Assembly: GCA_964512705.1 (NCBI GenBank) | Contig: CAZEJY010000006.1 | Location: 8,613-72,612, forward strand | From: an uncultured Sangeribacter sp. | GTDB lineage: Bacteria > Bacteroidota > Bacteroidia > Bacteroidales > Muribaculaceae | Direction: 5' to 3' | DNA: 64,000 bases | Part shown: one piece after another, positions 17,063-27,364 of the stretch | How positions within the stretch are numbered: the stretch's first letter is position 1 | Layout of the letters: each line of letters opens with the position of its first letter | Made by a program: the position numbers and the translations under genes | Notes under the pieces: generated by a model | Told to the model about the DNA's origin: nothing | Database searches by the model: none | What the model saw: only the letters and a program-made list of their open reading frames with translations

Positions 17063-18004
17063 ATGGAGATTAATTCTAAGATATATGTAGCCGGACACCG
17101 CGGAATGGTTGGATCGGCAATAGTGAGAGAGTTGCAACGTCAGGGTTATACAAATATCATTACGCGAACACATGCCGAACTCGACTTGACCAATCAGGAA
17201 GCGGTGAACCGTTTCTTTGAGGAGGAGAAGCCGGAATATGTGTTCTTGGCGGCTGCTAAAGTTGGCGGTATCATGGCTAATGCGCAGCATTTGGCGGACT
17301 TTATGTATGAAAACATGATATTGGAGATGAATGCAATCCACGCAGCGTGGCGCAATGGCTGTAAAAAATTGCAATTCCTTGGCTCCTCTTGCATTTATCC
17401 GCGAATGGCTCCGCAACCAATGCCTGAATCCTGCTTGCTAACTTCTGAATTAGAGAAGACAAACGAAGCCTACGCATTGGCTAAAATCAGCGGATTGAAA
17501 TATTGTGAATATCTCAACCGCCAATATGGAACGGATTATATATCCGTTATGCCGACAAATCTTTACGGGCCAAACGATAATTATCATCCGGAGCATTCTC
17601 ATGTCCTTCCGGCTCTTATCCGACGTTTCCATGAAGCTAAGGAAGCGGGATTACCGGAAGTTGTCTGTTGGGGGGATGGAAGCCCTCTTCGCGAGTTCCT
17701 CTATGTTGATGATCTTGCAAACCTGTGCGTATTCTTGATGAACAATTATTCCGGAAATGAAACGGTAAATGCCGGCACCGGTAAGGAGATATCAATTAAG
17801 GAGCTTTCAGAATTAGTAGCCAAAGTTGTTGGTTATAAAGGCAAAATCGTGTGGGATACTTCCAAACCCAATGGTACACCGAGAAAACTTCTTGATGTCA
17901 GCAAAGCAACAAAATTAGGATGGACCTATTATACAGAGTTGGAAGAAGGAATTCGTCTGAGTTATCAAGACTTTCTTTCTAATCCCATGAGGGCTGAAAG
18001 ATAA
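17063..18004 (+). CDS. fcl: GDP-L-fucose synthase
   Basis: [49 protein letters not shown]. Confidence 0.95.
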   Translation: MEINSKIYVAGHRGMVGSAIVRELQRQGYTNIITRTHAELDLTNQEAVNRFFEEEKPEYVFLAAAKVGGIMANAQHLADFMYENMILEMNAIHAAWRNGCKKLQFLGSSCIYPRMAPQPMPESCLLTSELEKTNEAYALAKISGLKYCEYLNRQYGTDYISVMPTNLYGPNDNYHPEHSHVLPALIRRFHEAKEAGLPEVVCWGDGSPLREFLYVDDLANLCVFLMNNYSGNETVNAGTGKEISIKELSELVAKVVGYKGKIVWDTSKPNGTPRKLLDVSKATKLGWTYYTELEEGIRLSYQDFLSNPMRAER

Positions 18005-18032
18005 GCATTGCATTCGGAATTAAACATAGATA

Positions 18033-19280
18033 CTACTTAGGGGGACCGAAAGAGGAACTGTATCCATCATTATGTCCTCTCTCCGATTTGGTAAGCTCGG
18101 ACGCCATACGCAATTGCTGACAGCCGATATTACTGTTTAATTTATCAATAGCCGACATCAGTTTACGGGATTTCTCCAATCGGAGATTCTCTTCCTGAAC
18201 ATCATCGAATAGTGAAGGGCTGATACCTTGTCTCTTCACTATTTTTCCTAATGTCACCCCAGCTCTTTTATAGGCAATATTAGGATTAAATATCTTAGCC
18301 AAAGCATCTACTGCAGCAGCGGTAATCACTGACGTGTCATCAACCGGAGGCTCAAACTTCACGGTCATCTGAGGGGCAAAGTAACCACGCTCAGTGTGGA
18401 ACCGGTTGGTTCGGAGAAACACCATCATTTCACCGCACTCCCCCTCCATGGCGCGTAAGCGCTTGCACACGTGCGCACAATATATAGCTATGCGCGCCCT
18501 AAGATAATCAAAATCATTGACATCTTCCGGAAAAGTACGGGTTTCACTGATAGAATCCTGAAATTTTCTCCCAACATGTTCCAATTCTATACACGGGGTC
18601 CCATTCAGTTCCATCCAGCTTCTCTCTCCTACTACACCGAGTTCTTTTCGCACCCAATGAAGCGGCTTACGCCTGAAGTCCCCTATTGTGAGAACGCCGA
18701 CACTATACATGCGTTTGGATAGCCTGCGACCCATTCCCCATAACTCCCATATCGGCATCTTATCCAAGATTTCATGAAACTCCTCGACTTTTGCTCTAAC
18801 CGAAACACACTCCCCCTTTTTCTTTCCGACCTCCGTAGCAATCTTGGCAAGTGTTTTTGTAGGTGCAAAACCTATTGTTACCGGTATACGCTCCTCTTTA
18901 TAACAGGTTTCCACTATAGCCTCCCCAATTTCTAAAAGAGCACTAACTGGGATTCCACTCACATCAAGGAATGATTCATCTACAGAATAATCAAGAGTAG
19001 CGGGCACAAAACGCCGGAAAATATTATGCACCTTAAGGCTCTTTTCGCGATAAAGGAGATGGTTACCGGAATAAGCCACAATTTTTCCGGAATCAATCAG
19101 ATCCCGAATTTCAAACGCCGGTTGCCCCATCCTGACACCCATTTTTTTGGATTCATTGCTTCGCGCAACCACACACCCATCGTTGTTGCTCAACACAACC
19201 ATAGGGACACCATCCAAATCCGGATTGATAGATCTCTCGCAGGATACAAAGAAATTATTGCAATCTACAAGTCCAACCAT
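18033..19280 (-). CDS. umuC: Y-family DNA polymerase (UmuC-like)
   Basis: LVDCNNFFVSCER, VVLSNNDGCVVARS, YSVDESF, YKRAGV. Confidence 0.9.
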   Translation of the reverse strand: MVGLVDCNNFFVSCERSINPDLDGVPMVVLSNNDGCVVARSNESKKMGVRMGQPAFEIRDLIDSGKIVAYSGNHLLYREKSLKVHNIFRRFVPATLDYSVDESFLDVSGIPVSALLEIGEAIVETCYKEERIPVTIGFAPTKTLAKIATEVGKKKGECVSVRAKVEEFHEILDKMPIWELWGMGRRLSKRMYSVGVLTIGDFRRKPLHWVRKELGVVGERSWMELNGTPCIELEHVGRKFQDSISETRTFPEDVNDFDYLRARIAIYCAHVCKRLRAMEGECGEMMVFLRTNRFHTERGYFAPQMTVKFEPPVDDTSVITAAAVDALAKIFNPNIAYKRAGVTLGKIVKRQGISPSLFDDVQEENLRLEKSRKLMSAIDKLNSNIGCQQLRMASELTKSERGHNDGYSSSFGPPK

Positions 19281-19336
19281 CTAAATCTCTCCTCTGTCTA
19301 ATTTCAAATCTATGCTTATAATGAAACTATTATCTT

Positions 19337-21238
19337 TTATTCTCTAATAAGGCGCACCTGCGTTCCCTCAATAGAAATAAACTCCTCTCCAAGCAAGTAA
19401 GATATATAATACTTGAGGCGCTTGGAGTCCATCCTCAATTCATTCTCAAGTATGCGGATATCCACTCCTTGCGGCCGCGTGCCCAGATAGTTGATGATTT
19501 TGCTGATATCACGAGCATTGTCGTTCTGTGTGCGAGGTCTCTGTTCCCGACATACGTCACATCCTCCGCATCTTCTGCCATCTTTCTGACCAAAATATTC
19601 AAGCATCATCAGTTCCCTGCACGCATCCACGCTTTCCGCATAACGGATCATCGCCCCGATACGGCGTTCAAGAACTGCCTTTCGCTCCTCATATATATTC
19701 CTCCCAATCAATATGTCCGCTCTGTCTTCTCGTGATGTAGGGAAATAGATATAGGGTGTCCGACTTTTAGGCACATAATGGAGCACTTTGGCTTTGGAAA
19801 GCTGCAGAAGCGCCTCATAGACATCATTCTCGCTTATAATGCACTCCTGTGCAATTCTGGATTCGCTTATAAACACATAATCTGAGAAGAGTCCGGGGTA
19901 ATTTCTCAACAAACGTGCAAGAACCATATCAGCATTAGTGGTTATGCGCCCGATGTTGTACAACTCCTCCCTGCTGACCAAGATCATCACACGCGATTTA
20001 CGTTCAGCCTCCTCCATGAATTCGAGATAACCGGCTTGTCCTAAGAGTCGTAATGATGATATGCAACGCTTCGTTTGATAATGAAAGATATCGCAAAATT
20101 TATCCACATCAAACTCATAGACCTTATCATACCCCTCACCAATAGCAAGATTCAGGTGCACACATACCTTTTCATAAAGCATCTTTATGTCATCGCGAGG
20201 TGGGAAGGTTTCGGTGACATGTCGCTTTAATGTTGCGACATCCCGTTCCCCAACCACCAATACTGCCCAGGAATGCTTCCCATCTCTTCCGGCACGGCCC
20301 GCCTCCTGATAGTATTCCTCCAAGGAGGGTGGAAGATCGCAATGCACTACCACCCTGACATCCGGCTTATCTATACCCATACCGAAAGCATTGGTGGCTA
20401 CCATCACCCGTACACCACCCTGTTGCCAGAGTGTTTGTCTTTCATCTTTAATGGCTGGATCCAACCCTGCATGATAATATGTAGCCGAGATCCCTCCATT
20501 CTGAAGATATTCAGCAATCTCCCGCGTTCTCTTCCGACTCCGTACATATACTATTGAACAACCCTGCGTACGACTCAGAATGTGAAAAACCTCCCCAAGT
20601 TTAGAGTTCGTTTTGCGCACGATATAGTTTATATTTGAACGGGCAAAACTCATCTTGAAAACTTGCGGATTCTTCATATCCAACTGACGGCAGATATCCA
20701 CCTGAACCTCAGGGATAGCCGTAGCCGTCAAAGCTAAAATAGGAAGTTGTGGGAACACCTTTCGGAGTTTGGATACATTCAGATACGCCGGGCGGAAATC
20801 ATATCCCCATTGGGAGATACAGTGAGCCTCATCCACCACAATAAATGACAACTTCACCATCCTCATGATTTGGATGAACTTCTCATTTTTAAGTCGTTCA
20901 GGCGAGACATAAACTAATTTAGCTCCACCATTGAGTATCTTCTCCTCAGCGATATGTCGCTCACGCATGCTCATACCTGAGTGCAGATATACAGCTTTTA
21001 TTCGACGACGCTTAAGATTATCAACCTGGTCTTTCATCAGCGATATCAGAGGTGTGACAACTATTGCCATTCCCTCGCTTGCAAGCGCCGGAACCTGAAA
21101 GGTTATAGATTTTCCACCACCGGTGGGCATCAACCCTAAGGTGTCATGACCAGACAGAAGAGACTGCACGATCTCCTCCTGCAAAGGACGAAAAGACTCA
21201 TACCCCCAATATTTCTTGAGAATATCCTTAGGCTCCAT
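19337..21238 (-). CDS. recQ: RecQ-family ATP-dependent DNA helicase
   Basis: PTGGGKS, DEAHCISQWG, ATNAFGMGIDK, YYQEAGRAGRDG, zinc-binding CR..CGGCDVC. Confidence 0.93.
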   Translation of the reverse strand: MEPKDILKKYWGYESFRPLQEEIVQSLLSGHDTLGLMPTGGGKSITFQVPALASEGMAIVVTPLISLMKDQVDNLKRRRIKAVYLHSGMSMRERHIAEEKILNGGAKLVYVSPERLKNEKFIQIMRMVKLSFIVVDEAHCISQWGYDFRPAYLNVSKLRKVFPQLPILALTATAIPEVQVDICRQLDMKNPQVFKMSFARSNINYIVRKTNSKLGEVFHILSRTQGCSIVYVRSRKRTREIAEYLQNGGISATYYHAGLDPAIKDERQTLWQQGGVRVMVATNAFGMGIDKPDVRVVVHCDLPPSLEEYYQEAGRAGRDGKHSWAVLVVGERDVATLKRHVTETFPPRDDIKMLYEKVCVHLNLAIGEGYDKVYEFDVDKFCDIFHYQTKRCISSLRLLGQAGYLEFMEEAERKSRVMILVSREELYNIGRITTNADMVLARLLRNYPGLFSDYVFISESRIAQECIISENDVYEALLQLSKAKVLHYVPKSRTPYIYFPTSREDRADILIGRNIYEERKAVLERRIGAMIRYAESVDACRELMMLEYFGQKDGRRCGGCDVCREQRPRTQNDNARDISKIINYLGTRPQGVDIRILENELRMDSKRLKYYISYLLGEEFISIEGTQVRLIRE

Positions 21239-21286
21239 TTATTATCTCCTGTTGAAATTAATCCTCCTCAGAATTTGTATAATTCC

Positions 21287-23020
21287 TTAAGACTTCGATG
21301 GTCTGATATCACGAATCATCAACTGAATCGTCTCACTATTGCCGGACCGTTTTCCTTGCTCAATTGTATAGCAGATATCAATCGGCTTATGGGCGTGGAT
21401 ATGTTCGAAATACTGTGCCATATTGAATGCTATAGCATTGATAACATGGCTTGTACTATTATCCTCCAATTCCAGCTTTATATGCTCAAGGTTCTTGCCG
21501 ACCAAACGGCTTGTTCCAAAATCGAAGACATTACGCGTACAGAACACCGGATTCTGATTACCCGGACCAAACGGATTGAATTTCTTTAATGTTGAGAGCA
21601 ATTCCGGAGTGATATCTGCGAATTCAATCTCTGCATCGATGTCTATATGAGGACTAAGCTGATTAGGCTTGATATTGGCTGCTACATACTCCTCAAATCG
21701 GCGGCGGAACTCCGGGATATTCTCCTCTTTCAAGGACAAGCCAACCGCATACGTATGACCACCAAAATTCTCAAGCAGATCGCGCACTGAATTCACCGCG
21801 GAATAGATATCAAAACCCTGAACGGAGCGTGATGATCCGGTAGCAATACCATTTGAATATGTCAACACTACAGCCGGCTTGTAATAGAGCTCCGTGAGTC
21901 GTGAAGCCACAATACCGATTATGCCTTTGTGCCAATCTTTATTGTAGATAACAATCGAACGCTTACCTTGAACTATATTTTCATTGTTTTCGATCAAAGC
22001 ATTTGCTTCCTCGGTAATCTGCTTGTCAAGTTCCTTGCGGTCTTTATTGTACTGGTCTATATCCTTACCCTTCTCATAAGCCTCATGCAAACCTTTGCAG
22101 ACAAGAAGATCCACGGCCTCAACACCACTCTGCATTCTTCCCGACGCATTGATTCGAGGTCCAATCTTGAAGATTACATCAGATATAGTAATATCCTTGT
22201 TCGTCAGTTTGCACAATCTGATGATACTTCTCAGTCCGAGGTTAGGATTGGAGTTAAGGCGCTTGAGACCCTGATATGCCATCACACGGTTCTCACCAAC
22301 AATCGGCACAATATCGGCTGCGATACTTACTGCAACGAGATCCAACATCGACTCCAATTCATTGTGGTTCGAGAGACCATTGCTCATGGCAAAAGCCTGC
22401 ATAAATTTGAATCCCACTCCACATCCACTGAGATAAGGACAGGGATACTTGGAATCGACAAGTTTGGGATTCAGTATTGCCACAGCATCGGGCAATACAT
22501 CATCCGGCACGTGATGGTCACAGATAATAAAATCTACCCCACGCTTCTTTGCATATGCAATTTCATCAATTGCTTTGATTCCGCAATCCAGCACGATTAT
22601 GAGTTTGATATCATTATCGGCAGCGTAATCGATACTTTTCTTGGATATTCCGTACCCATCCTCATATCGGGTTGGGATATAGTACTCTATACTCGAATAA
22701 TAGTTCAGCAGATATTTATAAACCAACGCCACAGCTGTGACACCATCCACATCATAGTCGCCGTAAACCATTATCTTCTCCTTCGCACCCATTGCCTTAT
22801 TCAGCCTGTTAACAGCCTTATCCATATCCTTCATCAGAAATGGATCATGCAATTTTGAAAGAGATGGAGAGAAGAAATCATCGGCTTCCTCCGGAGAGGT
22901 CACACCTCTTCGGACCAACAATTCAGCTACCGGTACCATACCTCCCACATGTGGAAGAATAGCCTCAGCCTCCTTCTGTTGCTGAAGTGTTAGTGGTTGA
23001 TAATTCCATTTTCCTGTCAT
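21287..23020 (-). CDS. recJ: Single-stranded DNA exonuclease RecJ
   Basis: GDYDVDG, DCG, DHH, GPRINASGR, FGGH. Confidence 0.95.
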   Translation of the reverse strand: MTGKWNYQPLTLQQQKEAEAILPHVGGMVPVAELLVRRGVTSPEEADDFFSPSLSKLHDPFLMKDMDKAVNRLNKAMGAKEKIMVYGDYDVDGVTAVALVYKYLLNYYSSIEYYIPTRYEDGYGISKKSIDYAADNDIKLIIVLDCGIKAIDEIAYAKKRGVDFIICDHHVPDDVLPDAVAILNPKLVDSKYPCPYLSGCGVGFKFMQAFAMSNGLSNHNELESMLDLVAVSIAADIVPIVGENRVMAYQGLKRLNSNPNLGLRSIIRLCKLTNKDITISDVIFKIGPRINASGRMQSGVEAVDLLVCKGLHEAYEKGKDIDQYNKDRKELDKQITEEANALIENNENIVQGKRSIVIYNKDWHKGIIGIVASRLTELYYKPAVVLTYSNGIATGSSRSVQGFDIYSAVNSVRDLLENFGGHTYAVGLSLKEENIPEFRRRFEEYVAANIKPNQLSPHIDIDAEIEFADITPELLSTLKKFNPFGPGNQNPVFCTRNVFDFGTSRLVGKNLEHIKLELEDNSTSHVINAIAFNMAQYFEHIHAHKPIDICYTIEQGKRSGNSETIQLMIRDIRPSKS

Positions 23021-23138
23021 TTCTCTTCTCCTTTTTCGCTATTATTCTATTTACAAATTTAACATTATATTTCGAGGTCTGCAAATTTTATTAGGTGCAC
23101 CCTAAGAGTAACAGAGAAATTTTTCTTAATTTTGTTGC

Positions 23139-23915
23139 ATGAAGCCTGAATTAAAAAATATCACTATAGATGGGATAAATCTCACGTATGAAGAGAGCGG
23201 TCCGGATAATCCTGAAGGCACTGCCGTTCTGCTTATGCACGGCTGGGGTTGCGACCATACTACAGTGAGAAGTATCGCGAATTCCATCAACCATAAAATA
23301 AAGGTTTTTAATGTAGATCTCCCCGGACATGGAACATCTTCCGAACCTCCTTCAGCATGGGGCGTAGAGGATTTCACTCAACTGATGGAAAAATTCTGTC
23401 GCGAAACCGGAATAAAGAATCCAATTCCTATCGGACACTCATTTGGTGGAAGAATTTCTATACTGATGGCTTCACGCAATGATATCAAAAAGATGGTACT
23501 CGTGGATGCAGCCGGAATTAAACCCAAACGCAGTTTGAAGTACTATCTTAAAGTTTATTCATTTAAAACAGCAAAAAAATTACTACCCATTCTACTTGGT
23601 AAAACCAAAGGAGAGAAAGCCATTCAAGCTTGGCGTGGGAAAGCTGGCTCTGCCGACTACCGCAATTCATCCCCTATTATGCGGGCGGTGATGAGTAAGT
23701 GTGTCAACGAAGATCTAAAGCATGTGATGCCTGACATAAAGGCATCTACCCTATTGATCTGGGGTGAGAATGATACGGCGACCCCACTTTCCGATGCGAA
23801 AACAATGCAGAAACTGATACCGGATGCCGGATTAGTAAGCTGGCCCGGATGCGGACACTATTCATTTTTGGATAACCCCGGAACATTCCGGGCAGTCCTG
23901 CAAAGTTTTATTTAA
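23139..23915 (+). CDS. Alpha/beta hydrolase
   Basis: HGWG, DLPGHG, GHSFGG nucleophile elbow, WGENDTATP, GH. Confidence 0.9.
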   Translation: MKPELKNITIDGINLTYEESGPDNPEGTAVLLMHGWGCDHTTVRSIANSINHKIKVFNVDLPGHGTSSEPPSAWGVEDFTQLMEKFCRETGIKNPIPIGHSFGGRISILMASRNDIKKMVLVDAAGIKPKRSLKYYLKVYSFKTAKKLLPILLGKTKGEKAIQAWRGKAGSADYRNSSPIMRAVMSKCVNEDLKHVMPDIKASTLLIWGENDTATPLSDAKTMQKLIPDAGLVSWPGCGHYSFLDNPGTFRAVLQSFI

Positions 23916-23975
23916 TTCCTCTTCTATTGATCAACTCCTCAAACTATAGTAACCTCATAATTCCAACTACTCACT

Positions 23976-25574
23976 ATGTCGATATTCGCCATCTCAGTCT
24001 ATACTGTTAGTATCATATATATGCTTCTGAATTTCAAGCAGGACATTCAGATGTTTCAACAGAATTCCTATCGCATTCCCCGCTATTGGAAATGGTTGCG
24101 AGGGAACTATGCGAACATGTGGAGACTGGTGGACTTAGCATGCGTATTCATACTCCTTTCCACTCTTATCAAACCCGCCGGCGCAGCTCTGATCGCTTCA
24201 ATAGTTGCTTTGGTAAAAATCCCGCTAATATTCAAACGCAAATATAAAAAGCCCCTTGTTTTCACGGCAAGAGTAAAAAGATTATATGCCGTCACTGCCT
24301 TGATTGCATTGGGTGCAACAATTCCAACAATCATTTGTCTCCAGCCTGCTGAAATACTTTCTTCTGTTTATACGGGTCTCACTCTCAACCTTGCTACCAT
24401 CTTCCTTATCTCTTTCCTCTCTTGGATTCCGATGCTGGTTGCGGATATCATTTTAATGCCGGTTGAGAATGAGATTAAGAACTATTATATCCGTGATGCC
24501 AAGAAAATATTGAAGTCAATGACAGACCTCAAGATAATAGGTATCACAGGCTCTTACGGTAAAACAAGTACAAAGCATTACTTGCACCGAATTCTCTCCG
24601 AAAAGTATGATGTACTGATGACTCCCGGGTCTTTCAATACCCCAATGGGCGTAGTGAGAACAATCCGCGAGTATATGAAGCCCTATAACGAAGTCTTCAT
24701 TTGTGAAATGGGAGCAAAGCAGGTTGGAGATATCAAGGAGATTTGCGATATTGTTCATCCTCAGGCAGGTATTATCACTGCCGTGGGACCGATGCATCTT
24801 GAATCATTCAAGAGCATCGAGAATGTGCAATCTACAAAATTTGAGCTTGCTGATGCACTGCCCGCAGATGGTATGATTTTTGTCAACAACGATTTTGAAT
24901 ATTGTGCTAACCGACCCGTAACCAACACTAATGAAATTCTTTATGCGGTCACTAACCCGAAGGGCGCTCAATATGTCGCAGAAGATGTAACCTACTCCCC
25001 TTCCGGCACAACATTCACAGTCATCGGCCCCGATGGTTTCTCTCTCCCGATCCGAACCAGACTACTCGGAGAATGTAATGTTTCCGACCTTCTCGCTGCA
25101 ATTTGCATGGCGCTCTATATGGAAGTTCCCGCTGATAAAATACAGTATGCTGTAGAATCAATTGAACAGGTGGAACACAGATTGTCAATGAAGCGTACTC
25201 CCGGAGGCGTAACCATAATAGACGATGCCTTCAACTCCAACCCTGCAGGATCTAAGATGGCAGTAGATGTGCTGACTCAATTTAAAGAGGGTAAGAGAAT
25301 TATCGTCACTCCCGGCATGATTGAATTGGGAGATAGACAGTATGAACTGAACAAAGTTCTTGGACGCCATATTGGTGAGAACCTTGATGTTGCCATAATC
25401 GTGGGAACCTACAATCGAGACGCCCTCTGCGAAGGTATTAAGGAAACGGACTTCAACCTGGAGAACCTGATACCCGTCGCAAGCTTCAACGAAGCTCAAC
25501 AGGTGCTCTCAACCCTTCTGAAGTCGTGCGACACTATCCTCTACGAAAACGACCTCCCCGACACCTTCAAGTAA
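23976..25574 (+). CDS. murF: Mur ligase (MurF-like) with N-terminal membrane domain
   Basis: GITGSYGKTSTK, SFNTPMG, EMGA, IDDAFNSNP, TPGMIELG, LYENDLPD. Confidence 0.85.
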   Translation: MSIFAISVYTVSIIYMLLNFKQDIQMFQQNSYRIPRYWKWLRGNYANMWRLVDLACVFILLSTLIKPAGAALIASIVALVKIPLIFKRKYKKPLVFTARVKRLYAVTALIALGATIPTIICLQPAEILSSVYTGLTLNLATIFLISFLSWIPMLVADIILMPVENEIKNYYIRDAKKILKSMTDLKIIGITGSYGKTSTKHYLHRILSEKYDVLMTPGSFNTPMGVVRTIREYMKPYNEVFICEMGAKQVGDIKEICDIVHPQAGIITAVGPMHLESFKSIENVQSTKFELADALPADGMIFVNNDFEYCANRPVTNTNEILYAVTNPKGAQYVAEDVTYSPSGTTFTVIGPDGFSLPIRTRLLGECNVSDLLAAICMALYMEVPADKIQYAVESIEQVEHRLSMKRTPGGVTIIDDAFNSNPAGSKMAVDVLTQFKEGKRIIVTPGMIELGDRQYELNKVLGRHIGENLDVAIIVGTYNRDALCEGIKETDFNLENLIPVASFNEAQQVLSTLLKSCDTILYENDLPDTFK

Positions 25575-25681
25575 GGCTCCAGCCTCCTTCTTTGAAAATT
25601 TATTAAGTTGAAGGATTGAAATTTATGGTAGCTATTGCATATTATCAAAATAAAATATAGATTTGCAAAGTAAATAATTCC

Positions 25682-25758
25682 GGGGCATTAGCTCATCTGG
25701 CTAGAGCGTTTGACTGGCAGTCAAGAGGTGACCGGTTCGATCCCGGTATGCTCCACCA
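25682..25758 (+). tRNA. tRNA-Ala (GGC)
   Basis: Cloverleaf GGGGCAT/ATGCTCC with G3:U70, anticodon loop CT-GGC-AG, GGTTCGA T-loop, encoded CCA; TAGATTTG -7 element at 25658. Confidence 0.97.
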
Positions 25759-25763
25759 ACTAT

Positions 25764-25812
25764 AAAACCTTATAATCAGTCATCCGACCGCTGATTATAG
25801 GGTTTTATTTTT
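25764..25812 (+). terminator. Terminator after tRNA-Ala
   Basis: aaaaccttataatcag / ctgattatagggtttt plus T tract. Confidence 0.75.
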
Positions 25813-25832
25813 CTATCTACAAAATCGGTATT

Positions 25833-25956
25833 TCTAAAGATTCTGAGAAGGTATTAATGTTCGAAGAACATACCTTTCAATAGCCGGGTACATGGCGTCT
25901 TCGCCGACATGTGCGCGGTAATTATTCCAATGAAACAATGTCAGAAAGACATACCT
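25833..25956. repeat. ~120 bp direct repeat copy 1 (hairpin flanked by 20 bp sub-repeats)
   Basis: Near-identical to 27172-27293; hairpin at 25884-25918. Confidence 0.9.
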
Positions 25957-26015
25957 ATTAAACATCGTGAAATATTTTGTATTTTAATACGTTATATTAT
26001 AAATAGGGATGAGTT

Positions 26016-26309
26016 ATGTTAAAATCGAGAGCTTTTAAATATCATGTCGGTCGATACGTTGCAAAGAACCCCAATTATTTTATTACTGTTTATCTTTGCT
26101 ATTCTATTGCCCTTATATGTTATGTATTAGTTCATATAAGCTGGATTCTTGCTCTCATTCTTCTTCCTTTTGGATTTATTGGCCTATGCTTCCTTACTTG
26201 GTATATAGATAAATATACTACCCAGAAAGAGAAAGCTGAGAAAGAAATGAAAGATCTTGCAGATGCTATCAGCGCTGACCGCTTCTGGCGACGCCTCTTC
26301 GGCGGTTAA
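26016..26309 (+). CDS. Hypothetical small membrane protein (97 aa)
   Basis: AT-rich ORF with two hydrophobic segments and a charged tail; stop overlaps the convergent gene's stop. Confidence 0.65.
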   Translation: MLKSRAFKYHVGRYVAKNPNYFITVYLCYSIALICYVLVHISWILALILLPFGFIGLCFLTWYIDKYTTQKEKAEKEMKDLADAISADRFWRRLFGG

Positions 26310-27004
26310 TCTATATCTAACATGCTTTTAATTTGTTGCTGAACATTGCGTCTGCGTGCATATCGCAACAACTTTGAAATGGAAACCCTATATTGACTAA
26401 GAGCAGTTTCCATCATATAATTAAATTCAATCCCACGAAGGTAATTCAAATCTGGATCTTGCAAAATATCAACGAGTAATTTTTCAATAGATGGAGAAGG
26501 CACATCATCAACTTTTAGCAACGGAGATTCTGTCACAAGTGGTTTGATAATAACGCATTCTTTTCGCAAATCCACGTAGTCATTCATAAAATCAGCAGTA
26601 GGTTGTTTGTAAACATTCGAAAAGTGTTCTTTTAATAATGAGAAGACTGCATCAACAGCATCTCTATTGGTCTCGACGTAAATGGCATGATTTACAGACA
26701 GGTGATGCTGAAGAGGCTCATATATTTCTCCTGAATAAATGCAAAAGTCTGCAAATGGTAACGCTGAGTGAAGCATATTATAAATGTACTTGACATTATC
26801 TGAAATCAAAATTGGGAAATCCTCTTTTATTGAAGCCTTCATATATTTTCCATATCCGATCCTGACAATATCACCTGCGGAAGCAAGTCGACTCAGATGT
26901 TGCCTTATTGTAACTGGCTTCAGCCCATAGGCAGCTGCAATGTCGTTAACAGTCATAGTATCATGACTATTGGCATATTTCATTATATATTTTACTCCGC
27001 TCAT
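26306..27004 (-). CDS. AbiEi-like type IV antitoxin / DUF6577-family wHTH protein
   Basis: N-terminal wHTH ending IVRIGYGKY; C-terminal PSIEKLLVD and KLLRYARRR, typical of AbiEi antitoxins. Confidence 0.8.
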   Translation of the reverse strand: MSGVKYIMKYANSHDTMTVNDIAAAYGLKPVTIRQHLSRLASAGDIVRIGYGKYMKASIKEDFPILISDNVKYIYNMLHSALPFADFCIYSGEIYEPLQHHLSVNHAIYVETNRDAVDAVFSLLKEHFSNVYKQPTADFMNDYVDLRKECVIIKPLVTESPLLKVDDVPSPSIEKLLVDILQDPDLNYLRGIEFNYMMETALSQYRVSISKLLRYARRRNVQQQIKSMLDID

Positions 27005-27038
27005 GTAGAAATTTGTTCAATTTACATCGCAAATATAA

Positions 27039-27079
27039 TATAAATTCGGCAACAGTTCAAGTCTTTTGCCGAAGTTATA
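27039..27079 (-). promoter_or_regulatory. Putative AbiEi autoregulatory operator (inverted repeat)
   Basis: tataaattcggcaa / ttgccgaagttata (13/14 match), 35 bp upstream of the antitoxin start. Confidence 0.6.
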
Positions 27080-27171
27080 TATATTGAATACGTCGCCAGA
27101 CAAATACAACTAAAGCAAAGGAACATGCAATACAATTTGGTCCTCTGATGCTCTTGCCATCTACTCTTCAC

Positions 27172-27293
27172 TCTAAAAGTTGAGAAGATAAAATGTTAGA
27201 AGAACATACCTTTCAATAGCCGGGTACATGGCGGCTTCGCCGACATGTGCCCGGTCAACCATCACAATGAAACAATGTCAGAAAGACATACCT
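27172..27293. repeat. ~120 bp direct repeat copy 2
   Basis: Near-identical to 25833-25956; better-paired hairpin ccgggtacatg-g-cggc-ttc-gccg-a-catgtgcccgg at 27220-27254. Confidence 0.9.
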
Positions 27294-27364
27294 TCTGATA
27301 CTGATAAATAATAAATTAAAAAGTATCAATTCAAGCATAGATTCATCAAAGGCCCTTTAATAAT

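Noticed and set aside
21929-22858. 309 aa plus-strand ORF
   Set aside because: Lies wholly antisense to recJ in the mirror frame; no domain features
25833-27293. CRISPR mini-array or integron attC interpretation of the R1/R2 repeats
   Set aside because: The internal 'spacers' are the same in both copies, there are no cas genes or intI, and no RYYYAAC/GTTRRRY boxes
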